Source of the DNA: Trichosphaerium sp. ATCC 40318
Lineage: Eukaryota > Protista > Tubulinea
Assembly: GCA_038496445.1 (NCBI GenBank)
Contig: JALMLS010000268.1
Coordinates: 248,001-312,000 of the forward strand
Direction of reading: 5' to 3'
Length of the DNA: 64,000 bases
The notes under the pieces are model-generated. The model did no database searches and was not told the origin of the DNA. It saw nothing but the letters and a program-made list of their open reading frames with translations. The position numbers and the translations under genes are program-made. Shown one piece after another: positions 12,355 through 26,635 of the stretch. How positions within the stretch are numbered: position 1 is the stretch's first letter; each line of letters starts with the position of its first letter.

Positions 12355-15114
12355 CTACATGCCAATGCGTTCAGACGGTGCAGGGGATATACTACTCCTC
12401 TCTGACCGTATTGTTTCCATCAAATCGGCTTTACCCCTATGGCACATAGCCGCAATATCAAAATCGCCTTCAGCATCAAGAGCTGCCTCAATTCCTTCAC
12501 TCTCCAATAATTTCTCAATTTCGTGTAAGGATGCAGCGGATAAAGACGACTTCTCTATCGTCTTGAAATTCGTTTCAAACTTGTTTGCAATCTCTGTAGC
12601 GGATAATCCGCATCCAATAGACTCATAAAAGAGCTCAGCAGCAAGTCTGCGTAAAACTCGGTTCCATAGTATACCAGCAGCAGTAGTGAAGATTTGTTGA
12701 TGGTAACGCTTCTTGGAGGTACCTGACATCAAGATCATGGTCAATTTATCCTTCCAAGTGAGGTGCTTTATCAAAACCTTTGCAAAATCGGACCCATAAA
12801 ATTGACCATGCTCTTTAAACTCCCAGATTATTGAAAGACGTGCCATCATCTTTGCAACTATTCTTACGAGTTGTTGTGCACCACGGACCTTCTCATACTC
12901 TTGGAAGTAGTCGTTGATGGCATTCTTAGCGATCCTATCCTTCAAGTGGAACGAAACGTTCTGAGCTGAAATGAACGCTTCACGGACTACAATAGGTAGT
13001 ACCGAAAAAGTGTCATTAATGACATTCTCAAGGCCTACACAACAAGTCAAAAAAAAAAAAGAAAAAAAAAAGAAAAACCGCCAATGTCACTTTTCACAAA
13101 AAGTTTTAACAAAAGATTCTTCCACAGCAGCCACGTTAAGGTCACGTACCGTTTGGCATTGATAAATCATACTTAAAACCACAATTTTCACATTGAGCAC
13201 TACGTGTCTTCTTACGGATAGTTATATCATCGCTGTTACATTTTGGACACCTGGTAACCTCACGGAGACGAGGTTGAGGATGAGATACTGTGTCGTACAT
13301 GCCAATCATATTAGGTAAATCGGCTTCGACAATAATTTGCTTCAAATTTTCCCTAAACATACGTAAGAACAACACCAGTGAAAACTTGATTTTTTAGAGA
13401 ACAGTAAACAAATTTTTCAGATTTTTAAGAGATGACGTCACAGCCCTTTTCAAAAAAAAGTCGTTTATCTTGAAATGTCGACGTCGTTTTACCTGTCCTC
13501 TTCGCTACTAATATCAGCCTTATTAAGCAGAAACATGAGCGGTGCCATTGTAAAAAGTTCTTTGCATATCTTCTCTTCAAACGGCTCAAAGCGTGAATGT
13601 GCCGTGTTTATAATATACCAAATAACATGAATGGCATCTTTACTATCGCCCTAACAATTTTCAGTCAGTATCTACGCGTCAGTTTTGGTTTTTTTCCCTC
13701 CGTGTTGCTCCGAGGAGTAGCGCACAAACATTGGGTTCTTGGGTAAAGCTTCTTCCAGATGTCATACCGTTTGGCTAATAGAATGCTGTTCAAAAAATTC
13801 GAGGGTATCATCGATAAACTCCTCGTGAAATCCATGCTCAAGTCCACGAGAATCATAAATAACGACATTCATTTCCTTGCAGCTATATTTACTAAAAAGG
13901 AACCGAGTAAGTACGAAAAATATAAACAGGTGACGTTTACGTAAAATGTTGCGTGATTGGTCTACCAGCCCCAACTTCAGCTAAACTTTCGCCAAATATT
14001 TTGTTAATCAGCGCTAGAAGAGAGGTGTCAGTAGCGAAGAAAGACAGAAATTTGGTAGAATGTAGATACTACTTACAACTCTTTCCAGCACCAGCAATAC
14101 CGACAACCAATACGTTTGGCTTTTGTAGACCTTTAAAACATTTTAGTCAAAATTTTTTTTTCAACTACGCACCATTATTTATGGCTTTAAAAGACGCCAC
14201 AAATGACTCTACTAGCACATCCGCATCTTGATGTATATTCCCCTAGAATATTATAAGAAACGCGGGAAAAGAATAGACGTACATGTTCAAGAGATACAAA
14301 CTCTTGTAACATAGCATCCTCTACTTGTATACTCTTCTTTACTTTTCCGGGTTTTGGTTTCTGTCTCTTCAGGCTTGAAGACTTTGTGAGTCCTTTGTGT
14401 GATCCCTTATGAGATAGCGTGGGCGTATATTTCCCACTCATCTCTTTTAGCGACATAGAAGCTGATTTTGAGTGGTACTTTTTACGGCGGCTCTCCTTTG
14501 GGGAGAAACTTCCCTGGTCTCCCGAAGCGCCAAGGTGGTCCCTGCTTCTTGTGTGTGCCGTTTTGTCTAGTTTATGCGACGATTTTCGACGTTTTTTGCT
14601 TAAAGCTTGAAAAAAATAAAATTTAGACCAAATGAAATTTTGCAGTTTTCAAAGTACGAACAGGTTTCGGCGTATACATCCTCGTCGCTGGAAGGAGGGC
14701 TCTTACTCGATGGACTTCTAAAGGAATTAGTTAGGTGGGTTTTTTTTGAAATGAAAGGACGGAAATAGACACAAGGGAGCACTTTTGGTTGATCAAAATT
14801 ATATGTGTGTCCCGTATGTTTTTAAGAGCGTTTTGTGGAGGGTTTTAGACAAATAATTGTAGTCTTGTAAAAATTGTGTACAAGTGTGCTGTATCCTCGT
14901 TCAATGAGTCGAGCGTGTGAGCTGTATTTGCGCGCTTTTCTCGTGATTTGCTGCGTTTCACCTTTCTTTTACGTACATCGTCACCTGACGACGTTTGCCT
15001 ATGTTTTTTGGCAGTATTGTCATGCGCGGCGTGTTTGCCCTTCTTATTGTTACTGCGCTTTCTGTGGCTAGTTCCGCGTTTGCGTAGGCGGGGTTTAACC
15101 TCTGATGTTGACAT
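12355..15114 (-). CDS. P-loop GTPase (Era/MMR_HSR1-like) with basic low-complexity N-terminus and Zn-ribbon insert
   Basis: G1 VLVVGIAGAGKS, G3 YDSRG, G4 LNKAD; CPKC...CENC follows G4. Confidence 0.75.
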
Positions 15115-15892
15115 AGCGCCTCTCTACTATCTTGCAAAAGCGCTACTAAGCATTTAGAATTAAAAGAAGCTATTTAAAATAAAAATCAAGAGAACATTAT
15201 TTTCAGGCTTGGCGAAGATGGTTCCCAAAACCCGAAATTAACACTGCAAAACTGAATATTCGCTTGTAGGGATAACAAGGGAAGTAGGAAAATTTGAAAT
15301 CTGGTTTGCTTACAAGGTATGCTTGCGTATCGTACCAATTCGTAGGCCGTGGGCCTTTGGAAATTCAGAGAGCGAGTCGCACAGATAAAGTAAAAGTGCT
15401 TTATGATTTTTTGAAAAGTCAAACGTGGCGCAAGGTCTCTGCGCTATCAAACGACAACACCTCGCATGGTACACGCATGAACTGTGATGAGGTCGTGATA
15501 CTACTTTCAGGAACTATCAGTGTTGTACAGTATTGAGTAACTACTACCTCGTAAACTATTAAACTTACACATCCTCACGGTAAAATTGTTTGTTGGGTAT
15601 GCTTTAAACGTATTTGTTGAGTTCAAGGTTGTGTAAAAGAGCCGACATTGCGTAATTAAGTCGTTTTGGTTCAACGCTATTACTTTAACACTTGCTGTAA
15701 CTGACAATAAACAGCAACTAGCTATTGGTTCGTTGCTATTTGGCGAAATGAAAACGTAAGCTCCCCCAATTGATCCGTATAATTTACTTGCACCAACCTT
15801 TGCGTTATTTGTATCCAGTCCTTATTTTTATTGAAGGGCTGAACGCCAGGCTGTCTAAAAAGGGATAATTGTAAACGAATAACACGCGCTAA

Positions 15893-18800
15893 ATGACCAC
15901 TATTGTGGGTTGTGTTGTCTATGACTTCGTTCCAAAGGATGCAGCGATGAAACTCCCCTTAACAGTCGGTACGTGCCCCAAACGCCGCATTAATTGTATC
16001 AACGTACACTCTAATTGCAATATAGGCCAGAGCGTGACTATCTTGCAACAAGGTAACAACGGTTGGTCTGCTGGAGAGTGCAATGGCAATACAGGATGGT
16101 ACAGCTCTTTTTAAACCAGCCAAATACGGAATGGCCGTCGTTCCTATTTCCCCAATGACTTTATACCCATGGCTAACCATTGCATGAGGTTTCCATCGAA
16201 ATACGTAAAAATACAAGCGCCCGCGTCTCCTATCAACACTCCACCGGATGAACCAGTTTTTTTACCACCAGATAATCTACCACCTCCAACGAATAGGGCA
16301 TCTTCGCCACTATCAGTACAGAGACCGCTTGTAGATGTTGAATCGCGGTCAAAACAACCTGACGAATTGCCGCGTATTGCTTTGAAACCAAAGCGCCGCA
16401 TTGGCGGTAAGGTGAGCACACAGTCTTTACCATCTCCTGGTAGAGGCGGTAAGCGTGGTAGTGGCTCTTTTGGCGAGTACGTTGCTTTTGTTTTACATTA
16501 TGACATTTTTGTGTAAATAATTAATTGTGTTTAGCTTGCTATCCGATCTTGAGACGTCCTTGGTGGATTTTGACCCTCAATTGGTTGGATTTGATGAGAC
16601 ATTGGAGTATACTCTTCGTGAAGAAGAGGATAACAAAACTTTAGTGTCTCTAGTACCGCCGTCAGTGTCATTTGTTGCACAGCGACCACGCAAGGTATTT
16701 TAGGCTATTTACCCTTTTTGGTTAATATTGGTTTGTAGGTCCGTGCGTCTTGTGATTACTCTACCGATGACCCCAACAAACTCAATTTCTCTAAAGGAGA
16801 TACTATTGGCCTTTTGAGAACAGACCCAAGGTTCGTAAAAATGCATTGTTTATAATTCTTGTAATCAACACTTTACTGATAGTGGGTGGTATGAGGGAGT
16901 ATTTGAGGGAGCAGTTGGTTGGTTTCCTTCCCAGTTTTGCGAAGAAATCAACTTAAAAAAGAAAAAGAGGAGTCCAAAGCCAAAAAGGAGACGAGCATCA
17001 GAACCAATGCAAAAAATGACAAGTGCATCAAAGTAAATTCTTTCTCCCACTCTAATCAAGTTAACAATTTTGTAAAGGATTGATATAAGGCGTGCTAGAC
17101 GTGATAACAAATTTAATATGCAGTCGCGTAAATCAAAAGAGAAAATTGGTAAAATGCACGTAAAGCATGGAAAAAAATCAAAAGGAGTCGATAGTCCAAA
17201 ATCTAAGAAGCGTAAAAAACAAAAGAGTAAGACATCTAAAACATTACCAACAAGGGAGAGATCAGTATTTATTTCTGAAGTTGCAAAAGTACGTTTCTTT
17301 TGTAAAACACTTCAGTTCTTTATTATTGTGTCTGACGTGTTGTTTATTAGGCCAAACAAGCAGCAGCTAAGGAAGAAAAAGAAAAAACCGACAAGTTGCA
17401 CAGGCGTGCAGACTCAAGTCCAGCGGCAGTGGGGTCTAAGATTAGTAGTAAGAAGGGTAAACGCAAAGGCAAGCGTAAGAATTCTGCTTTAAGGAATAGA
17501 GTTGCACACTCGCCTATGAAAAAGGAATCTCATTCTGCTTTGCCACCGGCAGTTGTACACTATGAGGATTCAATTCGTGCAAAATCAGTTCAAATCGAAG
17601 ACGATACTATTTATCCACCTTCAGATAGCTTACCAACAACAGAGAGAAGTTTAAAAGGCTATTCTACTGGCGGACTACGCGGTTCTATGGCCAAAAAACT
17701 AAAGCAGAATGTACGCTTTTTAAAGTTGTCTGTACCTTTTTTATGCTCATTTTTTGGTTTTTAGCATGATGAGGATGATTCTGCTGAATACAAAAAGCTT
17801 CAATTAAAAACGAGTTGTTATCAAATTCCTGTTTTATTAAACAGGACTACCTCTACAATAACGCAAGAAAACAAACGTATAACTACTTTACGCAAACCAC
17901 AATTTGTAAATAGGCATTTAGAGATGTACGTAGTACTTGTTTCTTTACGCAGAGAGATCTTTTGATTACTGCATCCAGTAGTTAACTGTTTAATAGGATA
18001 GAAGCATCTTCAACAGACGAGTACAATGGTAATCTTGACGGGTCATTATCAGAGTCCGTAGACTCTCCTAGGGACTTAAGACCAGCTAATACACCACCAA
18101 GTATACCCGCTAAACCTTCAAGCTTTCCTACTACTAAACCACCAGCTGTTCCTAAAACTAAGCCTCCAACCTTGCCAAAGACAAAACCAAGTCCTCCTCC
18201 CATACCAAGTAGCCCTCCTCCTAACCGCATCCCTCCAACCAGACGGAATATTCCCTTGAGTAAACCACCGAGTAGTCCCGTACCACAATACAAACCTAGA
18301 GCCGATTTTTCCACAACAACTGAAGAGGAACCAACCTTGGACGCAGACGAAGAAGATGAATCAATAGTGAGAGTACCTCTCAGCAGTTTACCTCTTATTA
18401 CGACTGTGACATTACCTACTACTTCAAGAAGCTCAGGTTCTCCGCGCAAGAAGTCTTCTAGTATTCCGCCTCTCCCAAAACTATCACTGGAAACTAAGGT
18501 AACGCCACCAACATCAATATCATCGGTAGAATCACTTAGCAGAGATTCACCTCGAAAAAAACTGTTCTCTGGGGATTCTCCTAGAAGAGCGTCAATCGCA
18601 GTTATGGAGTTATCACCTCGTACTCTCGCATCAGCAGGATCGGACAAAGATAGTACAGGACGTGCACCTACCTATGCGTCGCCATCTGTGACTGTCAATA
18701 TCGTTCAACGTGCTACCTCTGTAGTTGCACTACCTACGGTTGTACAATCGATAGAAACAGTGCCAATAAGCGCTCAGTCGCTACCTCAACCTGCTACACC

Positions 18801-18987
18801 TGGCACTGGAATAGCATTGAACTTTAGTGGCCCTCCAAAAGTGCAGCACCTTGCAAGGAATACAGATAAGAAGGACCGTTTAACGCAGAGCGACAGAGGG
18901 CAATCTGGAGAAAGGACGTCGCTGCAGTCTTCTGAGCCTGCTTATAATATCAATTTTGCTCGGTTGCGCGCACGTTTTGAGAAGTGA
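15893..18987 (+). CDS. Protein with two SH3 domains and Lys-rich and Pro/Ser-rich regions
   Basis: VVYDFVPK...L.VGQSVTILQQGNNGWSAGECNGNTGWFPSKYV and CDYSTDDPNKLNFSKGD...GWYEGVFEGAVGWFPSQF. Confidence 0.85.
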
Positions 18988-19311
18988 TGACACTTCCTTC
19001 TCCCAGTTCTATCCTCTTATTTACTGCAAGAAAAAAAAAACAGGCAGTAATTTGATGCCAAAAAAAAGTCATACTGCGCCTACTACCCTTATATCAAACT
19101 AGACGTGTATTAACAGTTGTAACAATAATAAAAAAAAACTTTGTAAGTCATACCTGCCTTGGTTGACATCTGTCTTGGCGTTCAAAACTGAAACAACTTC
19201 GCAAAACGTTTAGTCCGTACAATAATTCCGAAAAAAGGAGAATAGTGCACAAATTCAAAAGTCGTTTTTATTCCTTTGTTATCGAATTCCTCCTTGATCT
19301 CACAACCTATC

Positions 19312-19680
19312 ATGATACAATTCATTCTTACATGCCTTGTATATATACGATCGGCTGTTACAGGCCGCCCTCGACAACCTCAGCGTAATGGTATAGCTTA
19401 TGTTGCTGCTCGCGCTCAAGAACAGCAACGAGATAATGCACTGCGTGAAGCGGCTGCAAAACAACAAGTGAACACACAACAAACCGAAACTAAACTGGAG
19501 AAGCTCAAGGGACCCTCCAAACTTGCTAAATGCAAGAAAATGACCAAGTATACAGTTATGCAAGCGATGAACAAAGCCAAAAAAGCGAGAAATACCACAA
19601 AGCGAGTGGTAAAGGCTTCTGCATTCACACAACATCTCAAAGAGAGAAGATCAAGGCGAAGTCCACGAGGTTCAGAATAA
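19312..19680 (+). CDS. Small basic hypothetical protein
   Basis: Intronless ORF of about 122 aa with a hydrophobic N-terminus; no homology recognised. Confidence 0.4.
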   Translation: MIQFILTCLVYIRSAVTGRPRQPQRNGIAYVAARAQEQQRDNALREAAAKQQVNTQQTETKLEKLKGPSKLAKCKKMTKYTVMQAMNKAKKARNTTKRVVKASAFTQHLKERRSRRSPRGSE

Positions 19681-20399
19681 AAAACCACCAGAAACACCTC
19701 CTGTACTTTACATGTAAATAAAACGCTTGTATATTATAACGGAGCTCGTTTTTAGCCAAATTTAGTGATTTATAAACCGTTGTGTCGTATCGGACGTGTT
19801 TTCTCGCAGCCTTACTATAATGAGCCAAAACGTTTTGGTATACGTTTTCAAGCGTAGAGAGTAATAATGAGAGTGTTTACCGCACATCACGTTTTAAATG
19901 CGTATTCCTAACGTAGAAAGTTCTCAATAAGTATTTCTTTGGTATAGGCGATGCTAGGTAGTGCTATTTAGGCCTGAAGAGTTTAAAATGCTCTATGGCG
20001 CCAATATTGTTAAACTCTTGAGATATTTTCAACGTCATCGTTTGATAGCACCTTAGCATATTGAGGTAGGAAGAGAGTTATGTAACGGTATTTGCTTTGA
20101 CTTTAAGTGCTTTTCGAAATAGGTACCTACAACATACAATAAAACGGTTTAATGAACTCTGCTACGCGCAAAGAGTCGCGAGCTAGCTTATTTAGGTTTT
20201 TTGTTGTGATTGTGGAATTCAAGATAATCAGACGAATGATATCATTGCCAGTAGTGAATGAACTTTGTACTCAACTACAACGTTGTTCTTTAATAGTTAA
20301 GCTTAGGCATCTACACAATAGCCAAATGAAACTGAGATTCGTCAATTACCAGATGATCACGTGAACCAAAGAGATACGCAAGCTTGGGCGCATACAATT

Positions 20400-21339
20400 C
20401 TACTCGTTTTCGATTATCTTGGACGACATGAGAGCAAATGCTTCTTCAACTAAAATACAAGTTAGCTTAGATTTTTAAAAGTAGGGTACCGTTGTTCCCG
20501 TGTTTAGATGAAGTTTCTATGTAGGGTATCTTGCATCTGTCTGCAAATTCCTAAATTCAAAGTGCATTAGGCATGTACGGTATCTCGATTGTTGTGTTTG
20601 TACCTGTGCAGTATCAGCATCTATTATGCGGTCATTTACTAAATCACATTTGGTAGCAACAAGTATTATTGTCACTTTGGAACTCGCATATCTTTCAATC
20701 TCTTTTAGCCACTGTTTAACATTATCGAAGCTATCTTTGTCGGTGCTATCATATGCAATAATAATACCGTGAGAGCCTACAGAATGATTGCGCTGTTGAC
20801 CTCGGAATCGTTTACTAGGATCTGAACACAGTGTGAGAAAGATATCGAAAAAGTAACTAACATTGTACAAACACAAATCGTGTGTGGACCAAGAAACATA
20901 CCAGGAGTATCCCAAACTTGTAGCTTAACCTTGGCTTGGTTGATGTCAATAGTCTTTAGTTTCTAATATCATCGTAAGTGTGTAAGAAACAGTGTAAGAA
21001 AACTAGCATACCCATTCCCATTCAACACCATTGTCTACATTAAAAGAGTCTTCCACAAATCTAATGATTAAACTGCTCTTTCCAACTCTAGGATCTCCAA
21101 CGACAAGGATCTTGAATATATGATCGCTACAAGAGCGTTACATGGTTAACAGCATGGTGGTGCTAGTACTAATCGCTCTTGGGTTCTGTACCAGCGTTTG
21201 ATCCTAAACAATGTCACAACTAGGCAGCGCTATAGTGCTGCGACTTGGTACGTTTAGTACTGTCATTAAAAGCAATATTGGTTTCAACTTGTTTTCGTTT
21301 ACCTTTAGTCTTGCCCTCTGTGCTGCTTTTACTACCCAT
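20400..21339 (-). CDS. Atypical Rab1-like small GTPase with N-terminal MGxxxS and no C-terminal Cys
   Basis: [60 protein letters not shown]; ends KIIENE*. Confidence 0.85.
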
Positions 21340-21582
21340 GTTCCTCAAGGGTTAAATGTTTTGGTTTGTACTTTCAAAGAAATGAGTGGCTCACTTAGTC
21401 TGTGCTCATACTTAAGTGCATACAATACAGCTGTCTGTTTGTAAGAGAAAAACATTAGAAGACAGTTTAATTTAAGAGATTTGGGTTCAATGGGGACCTC
21501 TTAATTATGAGAAGAGGGATAAAGTAGCGTGGTGTAATACGAATAGTTAATTTATTGTGTACAAGGAATGGAAGAAGCAAGT

Positions 21583-22757
21583 TTAATGATCGCCCTTAAA
21601 CCACTCGTCGGATGGGTTCCGGAATGGCCAGTTTTCTGAGAACATTTTTAAATACTTAGGATCTCTAGCCAAGTTGCTATCTTTCCACTGTGGTATCTCC
21701 ATACCAAGTTTATCAAACACAGCTTCCATCACTCTGGAGAACCAAAGTCAGAAAATTATCTAACATAGCAAACAAAAAAGGTTCAAGATACGCACTTGTC
21801 GACCTTCTCATAGATTCGAATGGAGCAACAATCATCATAAGGTGTTTTTTGTAAGTTTACAATGACCAATTGATGTTCTTCTAGTTTTTTTGCACCCTTC
21901 AGAGGCAAATCACATGCAGGTGATACACTTAAACAAAAGTAAGTATTTTTTGAAACTAAAAAAACAGTTGGTGTAGAATAGTACCGCATTGATGTTCCCA
22001 TACATAGAGCCAAGTCACACTTTTTAGAAACTCGAGATGCTTTGTACAAACAGTTATCAGGTAAGCTTTGAGAAAAAGCTACTGTAGTATAGCGTAGGCG
22101 ACCCTTTAGATAAAAATGTTAGCGACTATGAGCGAACCAAATTGACTACAACAAAAGACGTACTTGACATTTGTCACATTTTCTAGTCGTTAGTTTTGCT
22201 CTATTTCTGTTCGATCTGACTTTAAAAGGTCTATAATATACAGCGCCACATTGTGAACAAGCCTCTACAAAAGAGTTTCCATGTAACTCGCATATCTTTG
22301 GAACAAAGTCAATAAAGAAGGTTATTGTATTTTGTTTTTCTCACCTTGCTAGGACTTATACCGCTTTTAATATGAAGTCCATCACAATTTTGACTGATGA
22401 CATTCTTCAATATATCTTTATTCATAAGTTCAACAAGTGCCATGTGCGTTTTGGTAGGGCGAGCAACAGACCTAAACAGAAAAAAATAAGATAAAAACCG
22501 GCCAAAATATGTTTGAACACAAACCTGTCGGTTGTCTTCTTTGTACGCTTTATTCCTTTGGCTTTAAGTGTCCAAACACCGTCTGGACCTCTAAAATCAG
22601 GAATTCCAGCGGCCGTACTTATTCCAGCGCCAGTATAGACATTAAAATAATTACTTTTTTTGATAGCATCGACAAGTTCATTTATCTTCCTTTCAAATTC
22701 TTCTGGGCTATCGTAATGCTCCTTAATTTCTTTTTCGTTTAATGCTGTAGATGCCAT
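21583..22757 (-). CDS. NAD-dependent deacylase sirtuin, class IV (SIRT6/7-like)
   Basis: [36 protein letters not shown], CxxC...Cxx[20 protein letters not shown]. Confidence 0.92.
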
Positions 22758-23020
22758 AGTGTAATAAACTGTATTGGTTTGTTGTAGACGTACAAAGACT
22801 GCGTTAATTTGACTTCACTGAATTCCCTTTCACAAAGTCAACTCCTTTATGCCCTACATAGACAAATGATGTTCACACATAGCTTAAAAAAAAGCAATAA
22901 TAACAGTTTCATGAAAATGAATCTACCATTTGAAAAAAATCCAAGCAACTTCTTTTTTGAACGTGGTCAAGGCATCGACGTAATACACTCTTTTATTTAC
23001 AGTTTTTTTTGTTTGTTTTG

Positions 23021-26000
23021 TTACGTCCTACCTCTCCTTGTGTACACTTTAGACGTAGTCACTGTCTTGGCGTTAAATCTATCGCTGAGCTGTTTCTTAA
23101 TGTTAGGCTTAACACGGTCAACCTTTCGCTTCTTCTGCTGGACAGGTGACGTATCCTCATCACTTGCTCGCCGTTTAGCACGTTTAGAAGGTGATGAAGC
23201 TACTTGAATCATCTAAAAACAAGTTTAACACACGTCAACACGAACATGATAACAAAAAACAAAATCTAAAATCCAAAAGAACAGGTACCTGAATTGAAGG
23301 TAAATCAGAAAAGTCGAGGTTGATTGGCAAGTCCACAAGTGGCCTCTTTGAAATAGTTGGTGACTCTCTACCACGGAGACACATAATCCTAGACGGTGAT
23401 AAACTGCCACTAGACGATGTTGTGGCTGTTTTACGGTCTGGAGAAGACGACAGAGCTGGTTTTGGTTTAGCTCTTGAAAAAACTCTTGAGCTCCTGTTCG
23501 TATTCCTACTAACTTTCTTGCTGTTATCAGCATATCTCTTAGTGCGTAAACCACGCCATATATTCCATCCTTTGAGAACTGATGCATCTTGTTGCCCTGT
23601 AATAACCTTGTCTAACAATACGATCCACTTTAAATACTTATGATTATTTTTCTTCGCTTTTAAAATATGCATCTCTTGGTTCCACCCTGGAGCTCTACCT
23701 CCGTTCATTAAAGCCATCTTTAACGATTGAAGAGACTCATAGTACGCCCGAGACTCTTTATATATAAACGCAAGAAACCATGCCTCGGCAGCAAGCTGTG
23801 CATTGACCTATTCAAAAAAACGTTAAGAATATTAAAAACCCACTTGGTTAATAATTAAAGGGAATGTCGACAAAAAAGATGATTACCTTCAACAGATCTG
23901 GTGTGTACAATACTTCGTCAAGCGTCTCTATGCCTTAAAAAAGAATTTAGATTAAAGCAGAGAGCTAAAGCAAGTTGGTTTTCGGTTTTTTAAACCTTTT
24001 CCTTGTGGTGAAAACAAATGCCTACCTTTTTCAGTGTCATTATTTGCAAGCAAGAACGAAGCGTAGTTGCACAATAAAACCACATTTTCTCCATCAATTT
24101 CAAGCGCCTTTGCGAATAGCGCTTCACATTTTTTCTTTGCACCTAAGCCCGTCTGGAACATAAAGGTAGCAAAGCTTTGGAGAATCGCTGGATCATCAGG
24201 AGAAGCACGGTGTGCACGTTTAAACAAAACATTGGCAGCATCCCTCTCTTTTTTAAACTAAAAATAGAAAAATCAGACGTCACGTGACTCAAAAAAAAAC
24301 CATGAGAGGATAAGCAACTCATAATAAAGAATAACTCAAGTACATGCTTTTTCAAACAAACAAAAAAGGGGTACGTACCCAAGCTTCAAACATTGCAGCA
24401 TAATGCAAGAACCGAGGATTATCCGGGTACTTCTCAGTAACAGTCTGGTAATATATATCAGCCTTGGTAACATCTTGTAGCATAGTCATCAAGTAAGAAA
24501 AAATATGTTCCTCTTGTTTTGTAGTTGTATTGCCGATAGTCATGCTACGAAAAATATTGAGCCAATTGACCACAGGGGAGAGGAAAAAACATTAAAGAAT
24601 GACTGTACCTAACTTGATGCAAAACAGAATGTGGTCTTACAAGGTGACTATCTAGAGCCAATGCATCCATCGCATTTGTCTGTGCTTCTTCCCAGTCTTC
24701 ACACAAGGCACACAAGTGAGCCATTTCAGAGGCATACTGCGCTTGACTGAGATCATCCATTGATGCATTTTGGCATTGCTGTATCATCAAGTAGTCTCTG
24801 TATTGCTTTATGGCACTCAACCCTTCATCTTTTCGTTCTAGCTTAAGCAAAGCAGTACCATAAATCCCAAGAACAGAGTCATCCTCATCCCTGAGCGGTC
24901 CCAGCAGTTTAACGGTTTCAGCGCACTTATTGTTATCTAGACGCCCAATATCAGCACAAATACCGAAGAGGAACAGCCAACGTACCATTCAAATGTAAAC
25001 AAAGTGCACGGAGCCTAGGAACATCCCTAAAATCCTTTTTGTGAGCGTCTACACCATTAAAGTCGAATTGGTTCAAAAAATGTACCCAAATGTTATACGC
25101 CAATCTAAAGACTCGTGCAATTGTAACGTGTACGTGCGATTGACATCTTTGATTAATTTTCTCTCCCCTTTAGAGTTTGCGAATGCGTTTCCATTTTCTT
25201 TATCGTCGTAACCAGCTGCAGATAGAAGCAAATCATCATCCCAATCTACTTCCCTAGAATCTCTCACCATTTGTCGATTGGATGTATCTTCCTGTGCAGT
25301 AAACCTGCTTCCCCAAGCGCGGTAGTCTAAGACTTCCAATAAAGCATCTTGGACATCCTCATCACTTAAATCCCAAAGACGTGGAAAAATACTGACTTGT
25401 GCTGTAGCTAGCCAATCAATCCTAAAAAAGAGTTAGCTTTTGAAATGTTTTTTTATCAAATCAAACTGGAATTCGTCGCTGATGCGTACCTACGCCATTT
25501 AGAGCGACTAGCGACTGTTCCATATTCATTACCATCCTTATCTGTTCCTTTCACAGCAAATAAGGAGCCTCCACTGCCAATCTTTGTGCTTCTGTACTTT
25601 CGAGCGAAAGTAGTTTCTTTTTTGTGAAGCGTGTATAGCGTTGAAACGATAGTAGACAGCGCTTGTGTGGTTGGTAAGACGAACGTTGTATCAAAGGGGT
25701 TGACAGTAATCTTGTTTGAAAACGGTTTAAAGTATTGGTGACGGATTCGCGTCAAAACCCTATGTAGAGTTAGCACGCTGGTTAGATGTGATGTCGTACG
25801 TTAAGAGCTGTTTGCCATTGCCGAGTAACAGACGAAATATTGACGGTTTGTACTTATTGTGCCAGCATTGGTAGGTGGAAATATCAATCGGTAGTTCGGA
25901 TAACGCCCACCCAACTGCTTGAGTTGAACAATCGCCTAGAATCCATATGATCGTTCTTCCTTTACTCTCAGATACCCTAAAACGTTTTTAGTTCGGTATT

Positions 26001-26271
26001 GTCGGTTTCTGTACCTTTTTTCCAAAGTTTTCTGAAACAAATCTAGGAGCGCTGGGCGGTGTTTTACATAGTCTATTTTAGGGCTTGCTGTCTCATTTGA
26101 GGCGTCAAGTATTTTTCTAGCGTTAATAACATCAACCCAAGCATCAAAGCCATTCTCTTGCTTTGAAAATATGCTATGCGCGTGTTGTTCTGATTTATAC
26201 CATTAAACGTAGCTCAAACATCAGAAGTACCTGTGGTAAAGTCTATAACGATCCATTGTGTCGGTAGACAT
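23021..26271 (-). CDS. Large multi-exon TPR-repeat protein with basic/Ser-rich tail
   Basis: TPR-like helices (FKRAHRASPDDPAILQSFATFM; FAKALEIDGENVVLLCNYASFL). Confidence 0.7.
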
Positions 26272-26635
26272 TGTAATTCTGTTTGTAGAACGCAACTATC
26301 TTCAATTTCAGCCATTTAGCTCTTTTTCAAAAACTGGCGCAAAATGTTTGGCGCGGTTTTTGGCAATACAATTTTGCCCAGCAAAAACTGTGGCTAATTC
26401 TGGCTGGTGGCAGGCAACAGGAAACGCGACGTTATGTGTTGAAAGTATCTCTCGTCTCCACTCCTGACTATGTTATAGTTAATGGACTACTAACATAATC
26501 ACTAGCTGTTGAATTCAGGACGTCCTTATCAAAGCTATTATACAGGCCACGAGATCACGCACTTCAAATAGGCCATATTTAGTGTAACTTCACGTGATAG
26601 TACAAACTTTGACCGTGATACAGAGAAATTGTCAA

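Noticed and set aside
17982-18647. 221-aa Gly-rich antisense ORF
   Set aside because: Mirror of the Pro/Ser-rich exon of the SH3 protein.
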